Source: a virus
Lineage: Duplodnaviria > Heunggongvirae > Uroviricota > Caudoviricetes
Length of the DNA: 64,000 bases
IMG/VR virus record: IMGVR_UViG_3300044719_000150
Strand: one strand, 5' to 3'
A model generated the notes under the pieces. That model was not told the origin of the DNA. It did not search any database and worked only from the letters and a program-made list of their open reading frames with translations. How positions within the stretch are numbered: the stretch's first letter is position 1; every line of letters begins with the position of its first letter. Both the position numbers and the translations under genes were made by a program. Positions 44,384 to 54,190 of this stretch are shown here, piece by piece.

Positions 44384-44893
44384 TCATTTCCACAGCTCCT
44401 TCAGCGCCCAGCGGTCGCTCACCGGCTTCTTGCCGGGCTGCAACTCGCAGGCGTCGCCCCAGAAGGTCCGGCCGACCTCGAACAGTTCGATGTCCTGCGC
44501 GCCGGGACGGGTGTGCAGCCAGGCGGCGCGCTCGTAGACCACACGCGGCAGTCTGCCTTTGACGATGACCCACAACTGCCGCTCTTCGATCGGAACGGTG
44601 CGCGGGTACTGCACGACGCTGATCTCGGCGACCTCCATCTTGTCGCCGTTCTTGACGCACGCCACGCCCAGGCCCTCGCAGGCGGCCAGCACCGTGAGCG
44701 ACCGCGCGCTCAACACGATGTCGGCGGTGATCTCCAGCCCGTGGTCCTCCTGCTGCACGAGCCCGAACACCCGGCCGACCGGGTACTGCCGCTGGTCGTG
44801 GTTGACCCGCAGCGTCATGTCCGGCCAGAAGGTGCAGGACAGATTCCATCCGGGATGGCGCACCACCCCGCCGATCACCAGTTCCCCAAGCAT
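44384..44893 (-). CDS. hypothetical protein
   Basis: ATG after GGAGGG. Confidence 0.5.
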   Translation of the reverse strand: MLGELVIGGVVRHPGWNLSCTFWPDMTLRVNHDQRQYPVGRVFGLVQQEDHGLEITADIVLSARSLTVLAACEGLGVACVKNGDKMEVAEISVVQYPRTVPIEERQLWVIVKGRLPRVVYERAAWLHTRPGAQDIELFEVGRTFWGDACELQPGKKPVSDRWALKELWK

Positions 44894-45234
44894 CAGTGCC
44901 CTCCATCCCAGCGCCGCAGCGCCGCCTTGGTCCTCGGCCGGTAGCCGGGCCCGTTGCAGCCGCACGAGCTGTAGCGAACCCCCTGAGCCAGGAGGCTAAT
45001 GACCGTAGCCCAGCCGCTCTTGTCCCGCTTGCGCGGCGGCTTGAAGTCCCGGCCCGCGTCGATCATGGGTCGCTGGCAGTGCGGGCACCTCCTGGGCGCC
45101 ATGGGCTCCGGGTCGAGGCCGATCAAGACGGCAACCGTGGGGTCCATGCTGTAGTCCGGCTGGTGTTTGAAGCTGACACAGCAGGTCGTGCAGACCCAGT
45201 GCGTCTTGTAGAACTTCATCGCGTATCTGCACAT
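44893..45234 (-). CDS. hypothetical Cys-rich protein
   Basis: Multiple CxxC pairs. Confidence 0.5.
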   Translation of the reverse strand: MCRYAMKFYKTHWVCTTCCVSFKHQPDYSMDPTVAVLIGLDPEPMAPRRCPHCQRPMIDAGRDFKPPRKRDKSGWATVISLLAQGVRYSSCGCNGPGYRPRTKAALRRWDGGH

Positions 45235-45348
45235 GCCCCGAGACTAGCATGACTAACGTATCCGTGCTAGGCTCCTCCCATCCGGGCAAGTGCGCCTGCG
45301 GAACCCAATCCACATCCGCCCGGACCCCCGACCGGAAGGAGTTCCCGT

Positions 45349-45660
45349 ATGGCTGCAACGCCCGCCGAGATCGCTGTGGACGTCAAGAGGGTGCTACGCG
45401 AACAGCTGAGCCACCTCGCGGTGGCCCGCGCGCAGTCCCACGTGCCCTTCCCGGCTCTTCGCGACCTGTACGTCTTCGAGGAGGTCGAGGATGGCGAGGT
45501 GGTCGGCGTCTACGTGGCCATCAACCTGATGCGATGCACGACCTTCGACGGCGCTCGCATGTTCGCCGCCCGCGTCAACGAGATTCTGACCGACGCGGGC
45601 TACGAGACGATCGCCGAAGACCTCTCCGTCCAGGTGATGGGGGAGGCGTTCGGCCTGTGA
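45349..45660 (+). CDS. hypothetical protein
   Basis: RBS GGAAGGAG before the ATG. Confidence 0.55.
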   Translation: MAATPAEIAVDVKRVLREQLSHLAVARAQSHVPFPALRDLYVFEEVEDGEVVGVYVAINLMRCTTFDGARMFAARVNEILTDAGYETIAEDLSVQVMGEAFGL

Positions 45661-45980
45661 TCACCCACGACTACTCCCCCAGCTTCATCGGCCAGGTCAT
45701 CAAGGCCACCCTGGACAGCGCACTGCCGTCCGGCGACGTGGTCGTTCTCAAGCGCCCCGGCTGGCGCTTCGGCTTGCTGGCCGACTACTACATCATCGAC
45801 GCCGAGGAGGAGGACGGCACGCCGGACATCGTGATCCTGGTCGTCCCGCGCTGTGGCGACAGCTACCACACGGTCATGAGCCGCGCCGATACCGTGGAGA
45901 AGATCCTGACCGCGAAGGGAATCAAGGCTGAGGCCGAGGGCTCCGTGGTCCACGTGACCGGCGGGACGGTGACGTTTTGA
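45657..45980 (+). CDS. hypothetical protein
   Basis: GTGA overlap with the upstream stop. Confidence 0.5.
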   Translation: MITHDYSPSFIGQVIKATLDSALPSGDVVVLKRPGWRFGLLADYYIIDAEEEDGTPDIVILVVPRCGDSYHTVMSRADTVEKILTAKGIKAEAEGSVVHVTGGTVTF

Positions 45981-46318
45981 GCTTCCGCACATTCCAGGCC
46001 CAGGTGGGGATGAAGGCGTTCCCGCTGGCGGGGGCCGTCGATCTTTACCTGGGTCCGGCCCGTCAGCCGCTTCCGGTCTACGTCGGCATGCTCGTCGTCG
46101 CCTGCGTCGGCCTGGCGCTGTCCATCGTGCAGTACTTGCGCTCGGTCGCCGTCGAGCCGGTCGAGATGCCTGCGGTCGAACCCCCGGTGCCCAGGGCGCG
46201 GGACCGGGTGTGCATACGCTGTCAGCAGCAGATCCTCGCCGAGCATCGCGTCAAGTACGAAGGCGAGATCGGCCGCCGCTACAACCGCGACGGCAGTGTC
46301 TCCATTGAGTTCGACTAG
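45977..46318 (+). CDS. hypothetical protein (start TTG 45977 or ATG 46010)
   Basis: 113-aa ORF. Confidence 0.45.
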   Translation: MSFRTFQAQVGMKAFPLAGAVDLYLGPARQPLPVYVGMLVVACVGLALSIVQYLRSVAVEPVEMPAVEPPVPRARDRVCIRCQQQILAEHRVKYEGEIGRRYNRDGSVSIEFD

Positions 46319-46539
46319 GGCTGCGCCCGGTTGCCGAACCACCGGTCCCGCACGCCGATCTCACGGAAGTATGTGGATGGGCACGGCGCCTTGTCCAGGT
46401 CGTATTCGTCGGTGAAGTTGATGCGCCAGAGCTTGCGCAGCTCCTGCCAGTCCGGGTATTTGTCGCAGTGCTGGCAGGCGCCGGGGGCGTGAAGGATCGA
46501 CTGGTCGCAGTGCGGCGCGAAGCAGCGCTCCTCGCTCAT
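46315..46539 (-). CDS. hypothetical Cys/His-rich protein
   Basis: RBS CAGGGGG before the ATG. Confidence 0.45.
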   Translation of the reverse strand: MSEERCFAPHCDQSILHAPGACQHCDKYPDWQELRKLWRINFTDEYDLDKAPCPSTYFREIGVRDRWFGNRAQP

Positions 46540-47040
46540 ATCAACCCCCTGATTGTCGAGTATGTCCGGCATGGCCAGTCCACTGGCTCGGCCTCGTAGC
46601 CGATCCCTGAGTCGAAGCACTCCGCGCACACCACTCGCTGACCCTTCGCCGCTGGATGGTGGACATATAGGACAGCGACCGCCACTGTGTTGCGCCGCAC
46701 CTCCCAGGTCGTGCGAGTGCCCGCCCACTCGGCTTGTGCCGTGGTCACCGCATCGTGCAGTTGCGCTTCCCGCCGCGCCTGCTCCAGTTGCCGGTCGGTG
46801 CGCGCCATCCTCTCGGCGTGCGTCTCCGGCCTGCCGGGGATGGGCCCGCGCAGCGGTGACCAGTTGGCTATGGGTGGCGGATCTATGGGCGCCTGGAGGT
46901 CGTACGGGATGAGATCCGGGGCCTTCGGCAGATCCACGCAGATATACCTACCCTCCAACGCCGAGAACCCCGTGACGTGGCGCACCTCGGACACGCCTTC
47001 GCGCCCGCATATCGAACAGTTCCAGGCCTCTTCGCTCATG
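46536..47040 (-). CDS. hypothetical protein
   Basis: 168 aa; CSICG and CAEC motifs. Confidence 0.5.
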
Positions 47041-47461
47041 GCGCACCGAACATGGACTCGCGCTCCGGCCCGGCCGCCTCGATCAACGCCGCCGCTGCCC
47101 CCAGCTCCGCCTGGTGCACCTGCATCCACCGGTTCATGGGCCGCATCCCGCGCTTGCGGGCGCAGTACAGCTCGGCCAGCCACACCTCGCTGTAGTCCCC
47201 AGCGGCCTTGAGGTCGTCCAGGCATTCGCGCAGCATCGGGAGATCCTCCAGCGCGATCTCCTCGGCATCCGCGCAGCCCCAGGCGAAGGTGTCGCTGCAC
47301 ACCATGGCGAACGTCATCCGGCCGTTGCCGTCTTTGCTCCAGATCAACGGCGTGCTATCCACCATCAGATCGGCGTCACGCAGGATCTGGAACAGCTCGG
47401 TGATATACGCCAGATGCTCGCTGTCCATCAACGCCTTGGCGATCTGCTTCGTGTCGATCAT
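47036..47461 (-). CDS. hypothetical protein
   Basis: RBS GAAGGGGAG before the ATG. Confidence 0.5.
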   Translation of the reverse strand: MIDTKQIAKALMDSEHLAYITELFQILRDADLMVDSTPLIWSKDGNGRMTFAMVCSDTFAWGCADAEEIALEDLPMLRECLDDLKAAGDYSEVWLAELYCARKRGMRPMNRWMQVHQAELGAAAALIEAAGPERESMFGAP

Positions 47462-47703
47462 GCCCAACTCCCCTTCGTGGCCCAGTGGCCGTCGTCCGGC
47501 AGTCCCCATACCGTGCCCCAGGATTTCGCATGGGGCACGAGTCCTGCCTCAACCGGGTCCAGGCAGACCGTCCTGTAGTTGACGCTGCGCTGGTGCTTGT
47601 CGAACGCCGAGAGGCTGGTGAAGGTCCAGTGGCAGCCGCCGCAGTGCGCTGTGCGCGTGCCGGACCAGTGAGCGCCACAGGCGTGTCGGTGCAGTTCGGG
47701 CAT
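47458..47703 (-). CDS. hypothetical Cys/His-rich protein
   Basis: RBS GGAGATAGG. Confidence 0.45.
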   Translation of the reverse strand: MPELHRHACGAHWSGTRTAHCGGCHWTFTSLSAFDKHQRSVNYRTVCLDPVEAGLVPHAKSWGTVWGLPDDGHWATKGSWA

Positions 47704-47705
47704 GA

Positions 47706-47933
47706 CTACAGCCTATCTCCCAGCAGCCTCTTGCCGCAGCGGTCGCAGCGTGTCTCGCGCTTCAGCTCGGTCATCACCAGGTCGAAGCTCCAGGGGCCGT
47801 CCGTGCGCTCGCGCACCCACGGGTTCGGGTGGCTGTCTTTCGGGATCAGCGAGACGCCTTCCAGCTTGCCATCGACGATGACGCGCACCACCTGGTGTCC
47901 GCGCACACGACAGATCAACCTCTTGATGTTCAT
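47706..47933 (-). CDS. hypothetical protein
   Basis: RBS GGCGAAGG. Confidence 0.45.
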   Translation of the reverse strand: MNIKRLICRVRGHQVVRVIVDGKLEGVSLIPKDSHPNPWVRERTDGPWSFDLVMTELKRETRCDRCGKRLLGDRL

Positions 47934-48223
47934 CCTTCGCCGAACCCCTCCCGCTCGGACAGGCCCGCCGGACCGCCCTTGCCCATCCCCAGCGACTTCG
48001 GGTACGGCCTCGGCTTGCGCTGGATGCTGACGCTCTCGGTGCCCTCCGGCAGCTCCAGCGGCATGCTCTGGATCATGATCCACTTGTCGGTGCGGTTGTT
48101 GTCAACCCACCGCATCGCGGCGTCGCCGGGCGGGAACGGACCGATGATCCGCTCAGAGGGTGCATCCAGCTGGACGACGCGCACGACACGCCACATGCTC
48201 GCGTAGTCCGGTTCAGGTGTCAT
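47930..48223 (-). CDS. hypothetical protein
   Basis: RBS GTGAAGG. Confidence 0.5.
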   Translation of the reverse strand: MTPEPDYASMWRVVRVVQLDAPSERIIGPFPPGDAAMRWVDNNRTDKWIMIQSMPLELPEGTESVSIQRKPRPYPKSLGMGKGGPAGLSEREGFGEG

Positions 48224-48494
48224 CCTTCACCGCCTTCGCATGTTCCCGCAGGAACGCCTCGACCTGCGCGAACTTCTCGTCTTCGTCGCCTGCGAAGCTC
48301 CATGGCTCGCTGCCGTCACCGAACAGTTGCCAGCCGCCTGCGGCTTTGTCGCCGTTAGTGTCTTCATTCCATTGGAGCGCCAGAGCGTAGCCGCGAGGAT
48401 GGAAGACGACGCGGTTGATCAGCCACAGCAGGCCGGTGTCACGCAGATCGCTGAACGGATGTACCGCTCGGTCGAGGAATTCGTCAGCGGACAC
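48213..48494 (-). CDS. hypothetical protein (GTG start)
   Basis: 93-aa ORF. Confidence 0.45.
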   Translation of the reverse strand: MSADEFLDRAVHPFSDLRDTGLLWLINRVVFHPRGYALALQWNEDTNGDKAAGGWQLFGDGSEPWSFAGDEDEKFAQVEAFLREHAKAVKDDT

Positions 48495-48687
48495 GGTACA
48501 TCAGCCTTGCCTGAGCGCGGGCGACATCGCCGATGGCGCAGTCCAAGTGGTCCCGGACAGCCTTCCACGGCGAACCCTTGGGCGCGTCCCGCAGCTTGTA
48601 GAGCAGTAGCTCCAACTGCTGCCCGAGCGAGAGGACGTCCGCCATCAGCTCGTCGGTACTCGGCAGGCCATTCTCCATTCCCATCAA
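48484..48687 (-). CDS. hypothetical small protein
   Basis: Weak RBS; 67 aa. Confidence 0.3.
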   Translation of the reverse strand: MMGMENGLPSTDELMADVLSLGQQLELLLYKLRDAPKGSPWKAVRDHLDCAIGDVARAQARLMYRVR

Positions 48688-49184
48688 GCCATCTTGACAT
48701 ACACAGAATTGCGCCACCAGGCTTGGGCGTATGCGGCGTTGAGCGCCTTGCACACGTTCTGTGCGTCGCGTTTGCGCATCGGGTCCAGGAAAACGACATC
48801 GCGCCCCCCCTGCCGCACCACCCACCGCCGTCCGAGTAGCGCGTCGAGCGCATTGTGGCGCCGTGTTGTCCAGTAGCCCGCCTCCGCCCGGCCGACCGTG
48901 TAGAGGGCCTCCTCGGGAGGCTTCGGCCGCACATAGACCTCCGCCTCCGGCGGGTCGGTTCTCCCCGGCGCGGCGAGGGCCGCCACCCAGGCGCGCAGCT
49001 TGTCGGACTCGCTGTGCGGCATGCGCGCCGTGACGCCCCCGAGTTCGCCTCCCACGCTAACGCTGATGCGCCCGGCCGTGGGGGTGTAGACGAGCCCCAC
49101 CCTGCCATCGTGTGGGGATGACCAGTAGAAGCCCACTGCTTCCACCGGGCCCGCGCCGGGCCTCTCGATCGCCGGGGTTTCCAT
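48684..49184 (-). CDS. hypothetical protein
   Basis: 166 aa; its ATG is 30 nt from the divergent ATG 49214, with the motif in between. Confidence 0.55.
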   Translation of the reverse strand: METPAIERPGAGPVEAVGFYWSSPHDGRVGLVYTPTAGRISVSVGGELGGVTARMPHSESDKLRAWVAALAAPGRTDPPEAEVYVRPKPPEEALYTVGRAEAGYWTTRRHNALDALLGRRWVVRQGGRDVVFLDPMRKRDAQNVCKALNAAYAQAWWRNSVYVKMA

Positions 49185-49193
49185 TCGACCAGC

Positions 49194-49205
49194 TTAACGT
49201 ATACC
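49194..49205 (+). promoter_or_regulatory. motif CTTAACGTATACC shared by divergent genes (ATG 49184 on -, ATG 49214 on +), both apparently leaderless
   Basis: Read directly; overlapping TAACGT and TACGTT hexamers. Confidence 0.5.
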
Positions 49206-49213
49206 CTACCTCC

Positions 49214-49762
49214 ATGCCCGGACTTTACGTAAAGAAACCCCTACCGGTCGAAGCTATGCAGTACACCGGCGACAACTTCGCCGAGATCGACGCATGGGTG
49301 GGCGAGGACCGCTTCCGTCCCCGCGACGACGGCTCCGTCTATACCGCCCGCGTGTACGACGCTCTGCATGACACCTGGGTCGGCGTGCGTGACGGGGACT
49401 GGATCATCAAGGGCGTGCACGGCGAGTTCTACCCCTGCAACAGCTCGGTGTTCGCCGAGACGTACCAGGAGGCCACCGGCGCGACCGGCTCGTACTTCGG
49501 CGACGAATACCAGTTCCTGCGCCAGGAGCGCGCCGTCGGCTTCGTGACCGCGATCGACACCGATGGTTATTTCGAAGTCAAGGAGCTGGGTGGCTCGGGC
49601 CCCTCCGAGCGTTGGTTTCCGCCGGAGATGCTCCTGCCGGTGGAGTTCGAGCGCCTCAAGGAGGGCGCCAAGGTCATCTACACCAGCGAGGTCGCCCTGT
49701 GGCCCTTCGGCCGCCGCGTGGGACTCGACACGATCGTCCTGGCGGAGGACCCGACGCAGTGA
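49214..49762 (+). CDS. hypothetical protein
   Basis: 183 aa. Confidence 0.55.
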   Translation: MPGLYVKKPLPVEAMQYTGDNFAEIDAWVGEDRFRPRDDGSVYTARVYDALHDTWVGVRDGDWIIKGVHGEFYPCNSSVFAETYQEATGATGSYFGDEYQFLRQERAVGFVTAIDTDGYFEVKELGGSGPSERWFPPEMLLPVEFERLKEGAKVIYTSEVALWPFGRRVGLDTIVLAEDPTQ

Positions 49763-50199
49763 CTAATCCGCTGCGTCCCCAGTGCAGCCATTTCTTCGGC
49801 GGCTTCCTGGAGCCCTGCGAGGTGCTCACGGAGACCGTCTGGGACGGCGTGGTGCTGCGCATCGACCAGGAGGACGACCGGTTCGCGGCGAGTATCAGGC
49901 AGTGGATACGCACGGACGAGTTCGGCTCTTACACCCTGTCCGAGGAGATCGACATCTCCTTCGACGCAGTCCGTGAAGGCCAGCGGGTACGCAAGGGCGA
50001 CACGTTCACCTACATCGTCCAGGTGGTGATCACGCCGTACACCTATGCACTGGGCAAGAGCGTGCTCTCCCGCTCGATCGCGGTGTTCCCGTCTCGGAAG
50101 GCGACGGGCGGGTACCCGCCCCTGAGCTTCACCTCGATCCCGAAGGAGAGCGCTTTCGGGGTGCCGGTGCCGACGACTTGGCTCGACACCTTCGACTAA
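49759..50199 (+). CDS. hypothetical protein
   Basis: GTGA overlap with the upstream stop. Confidence 0.5.
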   Translation: MTNPLRPQCSHFFGGFLEPCEVLTETVWDGVVLRIDQEDDRFAASIRQWIRTDEFGSYTLSEEIDISFDAVREGQRVRKGDTFTYIVQVVITPYTYALGKSVLSRSIAVFPSRKATGGYPPLSFTSIPKESAFGVPVPTTWLDTFD

Positions 50200-50213
50200 C
50201 GTATACTGCCTCC

Positions 50214-50555
50214 ATGATACCCGAGCAGATCGAGGATGCCATCCGCGCTTTCGACTTCGACGAGTACGATCTCCCCAGGGACCTGCCGCAGTACGGGGAC
50301 GGTCAGTGGGTCACGGATCTCGCCGAGAAGATCGCCCGTCTCTGGCTCCACCCGGTGCCCATGAACGCCGAGACGCTCTCCGAGGTGTTGGCCGACATGA
50401 GCGAAGCAGTGAAGATCCACGACTCGTTCGACGGCTCGATCTCCTACGAGATGAGTGACCGGCGGGAGAACGAATACGACGTCATGTTCGCCTACCGCTA
50501 CGGCAACGCCACGCACGGCCAGGGCTTCATGAGGATGGGCAGGGGGGACCTGTGA
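50214..50555 (+). CDS. hypothetical protein
   Basis: TATACT 7 nt before the ATG; motif at 50194-50206. Confidence 0.55.
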   Translation: MIPEQIEDAIRAFDFDEYDLPRDLPQYGDGQWVTDLAEKIARLWLHPVPMNAETLSEVLADMSEAVKIHDSFDGSISYEMSDRRENEYDVMFAYRYGNATHGQGFMRMGRGDL

Positions 50556-50794
50556 GGGACCTGCGCTCCCGCATTGCCGAGGCGCTGGCGGAGCACGAAG
50601 ACGTCGCCGCTGAACATGGGCACGCCGGATCGGTCGGCAACGACATGTACGATTCGTGCTGCCTTGATGTGATCATGGCCGCTGTCGAGCCAGACCTGGA
50701 AGAATTGAAGATCCTCGACGCGCTCTACGCCGCCGGGGTGGACAACTGGGATGGCTACAGCGAGGCCATGCGACTGATGCGGAGCGGATCGTGA
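50552..50794 (+). CDS. hypothetical protein
   Basis: GTGA overlap with the upstream stop. Confidence 0.5.
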   Translation: MRDLRSRIAEALAEHEDVAAEHGHAGSVGNDMYDSCCLDVIMAAVEPDLEELKILDALYAAGVDNWDGYSEAMRLMRSGS

Positions 50795-51255
50795 AATTCA
50801 CCGTAGACCTCGGAGATGGCCCGGTCTCCCTGGAGGACCACGACTGGGCGCTGCTCAAGCCCTGCGGCTGCGCTGTGGCGATCACCCTGTCCGTGGTGAG
50901 CGAGGAGGAGGTTCTGGCGACGGCGGAGATGGCCTTCGCGGCGCTGGAACCACACAAGCGGATGCGCGAACGACTGACCCGCTACGGGTACACCGTCCGG
51001 CTTTTGCCGCGCAAGCAGGCCTCCGCGCTCTTCCTGGCGAAGTGCACGCACGAGCTGATCTACCGTGCGGTCATCACCCACAAGCGGGAGAACGGCCCCA
51101 GCTGGACGAACACCTACGGTCCCTACCGGACCCTGAACACGGCACGCGGCGTGGCCACCCAGAAGACGCGCTCCCGCTGGCGCTGGGGCAACGAGCCGGA
51201 CCCCACCACCACCGTCGCCATCCAGCAGGGCATCGTCACCTGGGGGGATATGTGA
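50791..51255 (+). CDS. hypothetical protein
   Basis: GTGA overlap with the upstream stop. Confidence 0.5.
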   Translation: MKFTVDLGDGPVSLEDHDWALLKPCGCAVAITLSVVSEEEVLATAEMAFAALEPHKRMRERLTRYGYTVRLLPRKQASALFLAKCTHELIYRAVITHKRENGPSWTNTYGPYRTLNTARGVATQKTRSRWRWGNEPDPTTTVAIQQGIVTWGDM

Positions 51256-51611
51256 TCATCAAGTGGGCTATCGCGGGCAGCGACGACGCTCCCGACCACC
51301 CCGAGTACCACCTGGTCTACCGGCAGGGCGCCGAGGACGGCGAGCCGCTCAACCAGGAACAGTACGACGACCTGCGCGAGCGCCTCGGACTGAAGGGCGT
51401 TGACGCGCGTTCGCGGATCTCCAACGCGGTACTGACCGCCCTGGACTGGGCCTTCACCGACAACCCGCGCACCCTGCACTGGGTCATCGACCAGATGCTG
51501 GAGGATCTGCTGGACGAGGACGAGTACCGGGACCTCATCTTCGAGGCCTGTCACACGCCGCTCGGCGACAAGCCGGACTACCGTGAGTGGGACAGGGGCG
51601 AGGCGCCGTGA
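51252..51611 (+). CDS. hypothetical protein
   Basis: GTGA overlap with the upstream stop. Confidence 0.5.
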   Translation: MIIKWAIAGSDDAPDHPEYHLVYRQGAEDGEPLNQEQYDDLRERLGLKGVDARSRISNAVLTALDWAFTDNPRTLHWVIDQMLEDLLDEDEYRDLIFEACHTPLGDKPDYREWDRGEAP

Positions 51612-51826
51612 ACCGCTTCAAGCCCGGTGACCGTGTCACCACCCTCGACTGCCCGTCAGAGGGCATCGTCCTGCGGGCCGAGTACAACGGCCTCCAGGGG
51701 ATCTGGGAGTACGTGATGGATTGGCCGGACTTCCCAGACGACAGCCGGATCTACGTGGAGGGCGAGCTGAAGTTCGCCCCGACCTCCGGTAAGTGGTGGG
51801 AAGAGGGCCCCGACCTCTTGGATTAA
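51608..51826 (+). CDS. hypothetical protein
   Basis: GTGA overlap; its TAA stop lies inside the motif GGATTAACGTATATC. Confidence 0.5.
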   Translation: MNRFKPGDRVTTLDCPSEGIVLRAEYNGLQGIWEYVMDWPDFPDDSRIYVEGELKFAPTSGKWWEEGPDLLD

Positions 51827-51919
51827 CGTATATCGCGTGCTACTCTAACGTCATCCGGGCTATTGAGCGTGCGAAACCCAACCCTGAACCGCCCGGACAT
51901 CAACGAGAGGAGGCCAGAT

Positions 51920-52072
51920 ATGCAGGTCGTCATCGCAGTGCTCATCGCCGCCGTCACAGCGGTCTTCATTATTCACATCTACGGCTATCTGCCCGAGCAC
52001 GACTACGACTACCCTGCGTGGGTGCACCGCATCGCCGTGGCGATCCGCTCCCACTGGAGGGCACATGCCTAG
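51920..52072 (+). CDS. hypothetical small membrane protein
   Basis: RBS GAGAGGAGG before the ATG; hydrophobic. Confidence 0.4.
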   Translation: MQVVIAVLIAAVTAVFIIHIYGYLPEHDYDYPAWVHRIAVAIRSHWRAHA

Positions 52073-52472
52073 CTTCCTGCACCTCAAAAATCAGGCTCGC
52101 GAGATGCAGCAGCGCGCCGCCGACATGATCCTGGCGGCCCGAGCTGGCGTGCAGGAAAGTGCTGAGGAGCTGCCCTGCGGCTTCTTCCCCGTAGGTCCGA
52201 CACGCCTGCGCGGAGGTTGGATCGCACTCCCAGGCGAATTGCGCGATGTCGAGTGCCCCACCTGCGAAGTCGGGTGGACCGCGAACCTCGACGAGGAAGT
52301 GGCGGCCTGTTGGCTGTGCGGCGCCATCGAGAGTACGCGCCTGCTGGCCGACCAAGATCTAGCTGTCAGGAATTACGATCGCTATCTGGACGTGCTAGAA
52401 CAGCGCTCCCTGCACCGTATCGGCTGGCACCGCAGGCTGGCTATGGAGCTGATCGGCGAGAAAGTCAGCTAG
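52065..52472 (+). CDS. hypothetical protein (CPTC and CWLC motifs)
   Basis: 135 aa. Confidence 0.55.
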   Translation: MPSFLHLKNQAREMQQRAADMILAARAGVQESAEELPCGFFPVGPTRLRGGWIALPGELRDVECPTCEVGWTANLDEEVAACWLCGAIESTRLLADQDLAVRNYDRYLDVLEQRSLHRIGWHRRLAMELIGEKVS

Positions 52473-52806
52473 ACCCGTCGCAGTCTAGTCGGGAAGAACC
52501 CCCGGAACCGCACACGAAGCACCAGTGCAAGCGGGTGCAGAACGGCAGCGGGTTCGAGTGGTCATGCCGGTCGGTGAACCGGCACAGCTCGAATCTCCCG
52601 TTGTCGGCGCACGCGAGGCACTGCACCTTCGACTCGGGGTAGTCTCCGCCGCAGGTCAGTACTCCCGTCTCGACGGCGTAACAGAACGAGCATGAGTAGA
52701 TGACGTCGCAGCGGGGGAAATTGCCATCGTGATCATGGAATTCCTGGCGCTTCATCGCCCGGATGATCCCCTGATTGGTCAGGCAGTTGTAGCAATCCAT
52801 GGTCAC
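52465..52806 (-). CDS. hypothetical Cys-rich protein
   Basis: 113 aa, more than 12 Cys. Confidence 0.45.
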   Translation of the reverse strand: MTMDCYNCLTNQGIIRAMKRQEFHDHDGNFPRCDVIYSCSFCYAVETGVLTCGGDYPESKVQCLACADNGRFELCRFTDRHDHSNPLPFCTRLHWCFVCGSGGSSRLDCDGSS

Positions 52807-52950
52807 TCATCTTGATGCGTCGTACAGGTACTGGCCCTCGTGTCAGAGCCTTGTTGAGCGCTTCGATCTCTTCAGCTGTCCACGGGCGGCAGATCGCCCA
52901 GCGATATCGCTTCGCCGCCGCCCGCTCGGGGATGCGCCTCGGCGCCGGTC

Positions 52951-53391
52951 TCATGGCTGCTTGATCCATCTCTTGACACCTTCGCCCAGGGGCCAGCAGC
53001 CCGGCTCCCGCAGGATATGCGCGCGCCACAGGTGTCTCAGGAAGACGAAGTGCCGTGCCAGCAAGGGCTCGTGGCCGCCCTGAGCCGCGACGATCCGACA
53101 CAGCTCCTGCTCGGCCAGGCACCGCACACAGTACACCCAGCGCCGCCTAGGCCCACTGAGCTGAGAGAGGAGTTCGGGTGTGTTTGTGTCCAGCCGCCAC
53201 CGGCGCACGCACTCCCGGCCGTCTCGCACACCGCGCCGATCACCTCCTTGATAAAAGTTCGAGAACGGTCGCACCATGAGGACCCAGTGCTGCGCGTGCA
53301 CGACCACCTCGATAGGGTGGTCGTAGAGATGGTGATCGCTGTCCCACCAGGGCGTCCAGAATACGTGCGCCTTCACGCCGGGGATCTTCAC
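52951..53391 (-). CDS. hypothetical His/Trp-rich protein (GTG start)
   Basis: 146 aa; preferred over the overlapping ORF 52733..53122. Confidence 0.45.
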   Translation of the reverse strand: MKIPGVKAHVFWTPWWDSDHHLYDHPIEVVVHAQHWVLMVRPFSNFYQGGDRRGVRDGRECVRRWRLDTNTPELLSQLSGPRRRWVYCVRCLAEQELCRIVAAQGGHEPLLARHFVFLRHLWRAHILREPGCWPLGEGVKRWIKQP

Positions 53392-53858
53392 GACTTGCCC
53401 CAGTTCCCATGCCCCCAGCTGGGGTCGTACTCCTTATAGGCTTCCGGGTGGCAGCACCCCTCGCCATCACAGGCGCACCCAAGTGAGTGGTTGCCGAACA
53501 CACAGCACTGGCAAGTGGCTTTGGCCCAGTTCTTCTCGCACTCCTCGATTCTGGCCAGCTCCTCGTCGAACTCGCCGCTGTACGCAGCCCATCGCCGCAC
53601 GTCGGTCTTGTCGATGAGATCCCCGTAGGCGCTCATCAATTCGAGGCCGACCTCGTCCATGTCGCGGTAGGCCTTGTGCTGCGCCCGCAGAATCCGGAAC
53701 GCCTCTTCGCTCTCAGCGCGCACCGCCTCCTCGTGCACGGTCAGAATCTCCGCCAGCGCGGTCATCACTGAGCCGGTCGCGGAGTGGTCCTTCCCGGCCG
53801 CTCGGTCGAGGATTTCCTTGAGCTGCGGCGGAACGTCTTCAGGCTTCATCGTCCTCAT
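53388..53858 (-). CDS. hypothetical protein
   Basis: 156 aa; C-terminal Cys cluster. Confidence 0.5.
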   Translation of the reverse strand: MRTMKPEDVPPQLKEILDRAAGKDHSATGSVMTALAEILTVHEEAVRAESEEAFRILRAQHKAYRDMDEVGLELMSAYGDLIDKTDVRRWAAYSGEFDEELARIEECEKNWAKATCQCCVFGNHSLGCACDGEGCCHPEAYKEYDPSWGHGNWGKS

Positions 53859-54144
53859 CCGGCTCGTAGGGCGCCCAGGTCTCGTACTGGTTCGGTTCCC
53901 GCACCGGCGGCAGCTCGTGCCCTAGCGCGATGACGCCCTGCTTGGCCTTGGCGCGCAGGCAGTGGTCGCAGATGTTTGTCTCCAGGAACCGGCGACCCAT
54001 CTCGTCGAACACCGTGGAGCCGTAGTGGCCGAACGAGGTGAACGTCGTGGCGCCGTACGGCTGGCGCTGGTCATGGTCCGGCCATACCGGCTCGGGCACG
54101 CGCCCGCACAGCAGGCACGGCAGTGGCCAGGTGATCTCAGGCAT
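53839..54144 (-). CDS. hypothetical protein
   Basis: Its ATG is divergent from the 54191 gene, with the motif GGACTAACGTAGAC in between. Confidence 0.5.
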   Translation of the reverse strand: MPEITWPLPCLLCGRVPEPVWPDHDQRQPYGATTFTSFGHYGSTVFDEMGRRFLETNICDHCLRAKAKQGVIALGHELPPVREPNQYETWAPYEPDEDDEA

Positions 54145-54190
54145 GACCTCATTCTAGCACGGACTAACGTAGACGCGCTATAGTGGAGAA

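Noticed and set aside
52733-53122. ORF 52733..53122 (-) overlapping 52951..53391 (-)
   Set aside because: It overlaps a frame with a better start context and more protein-like composition, and its N-terminal half is Arg/Ala/Pro-rich GC filler.
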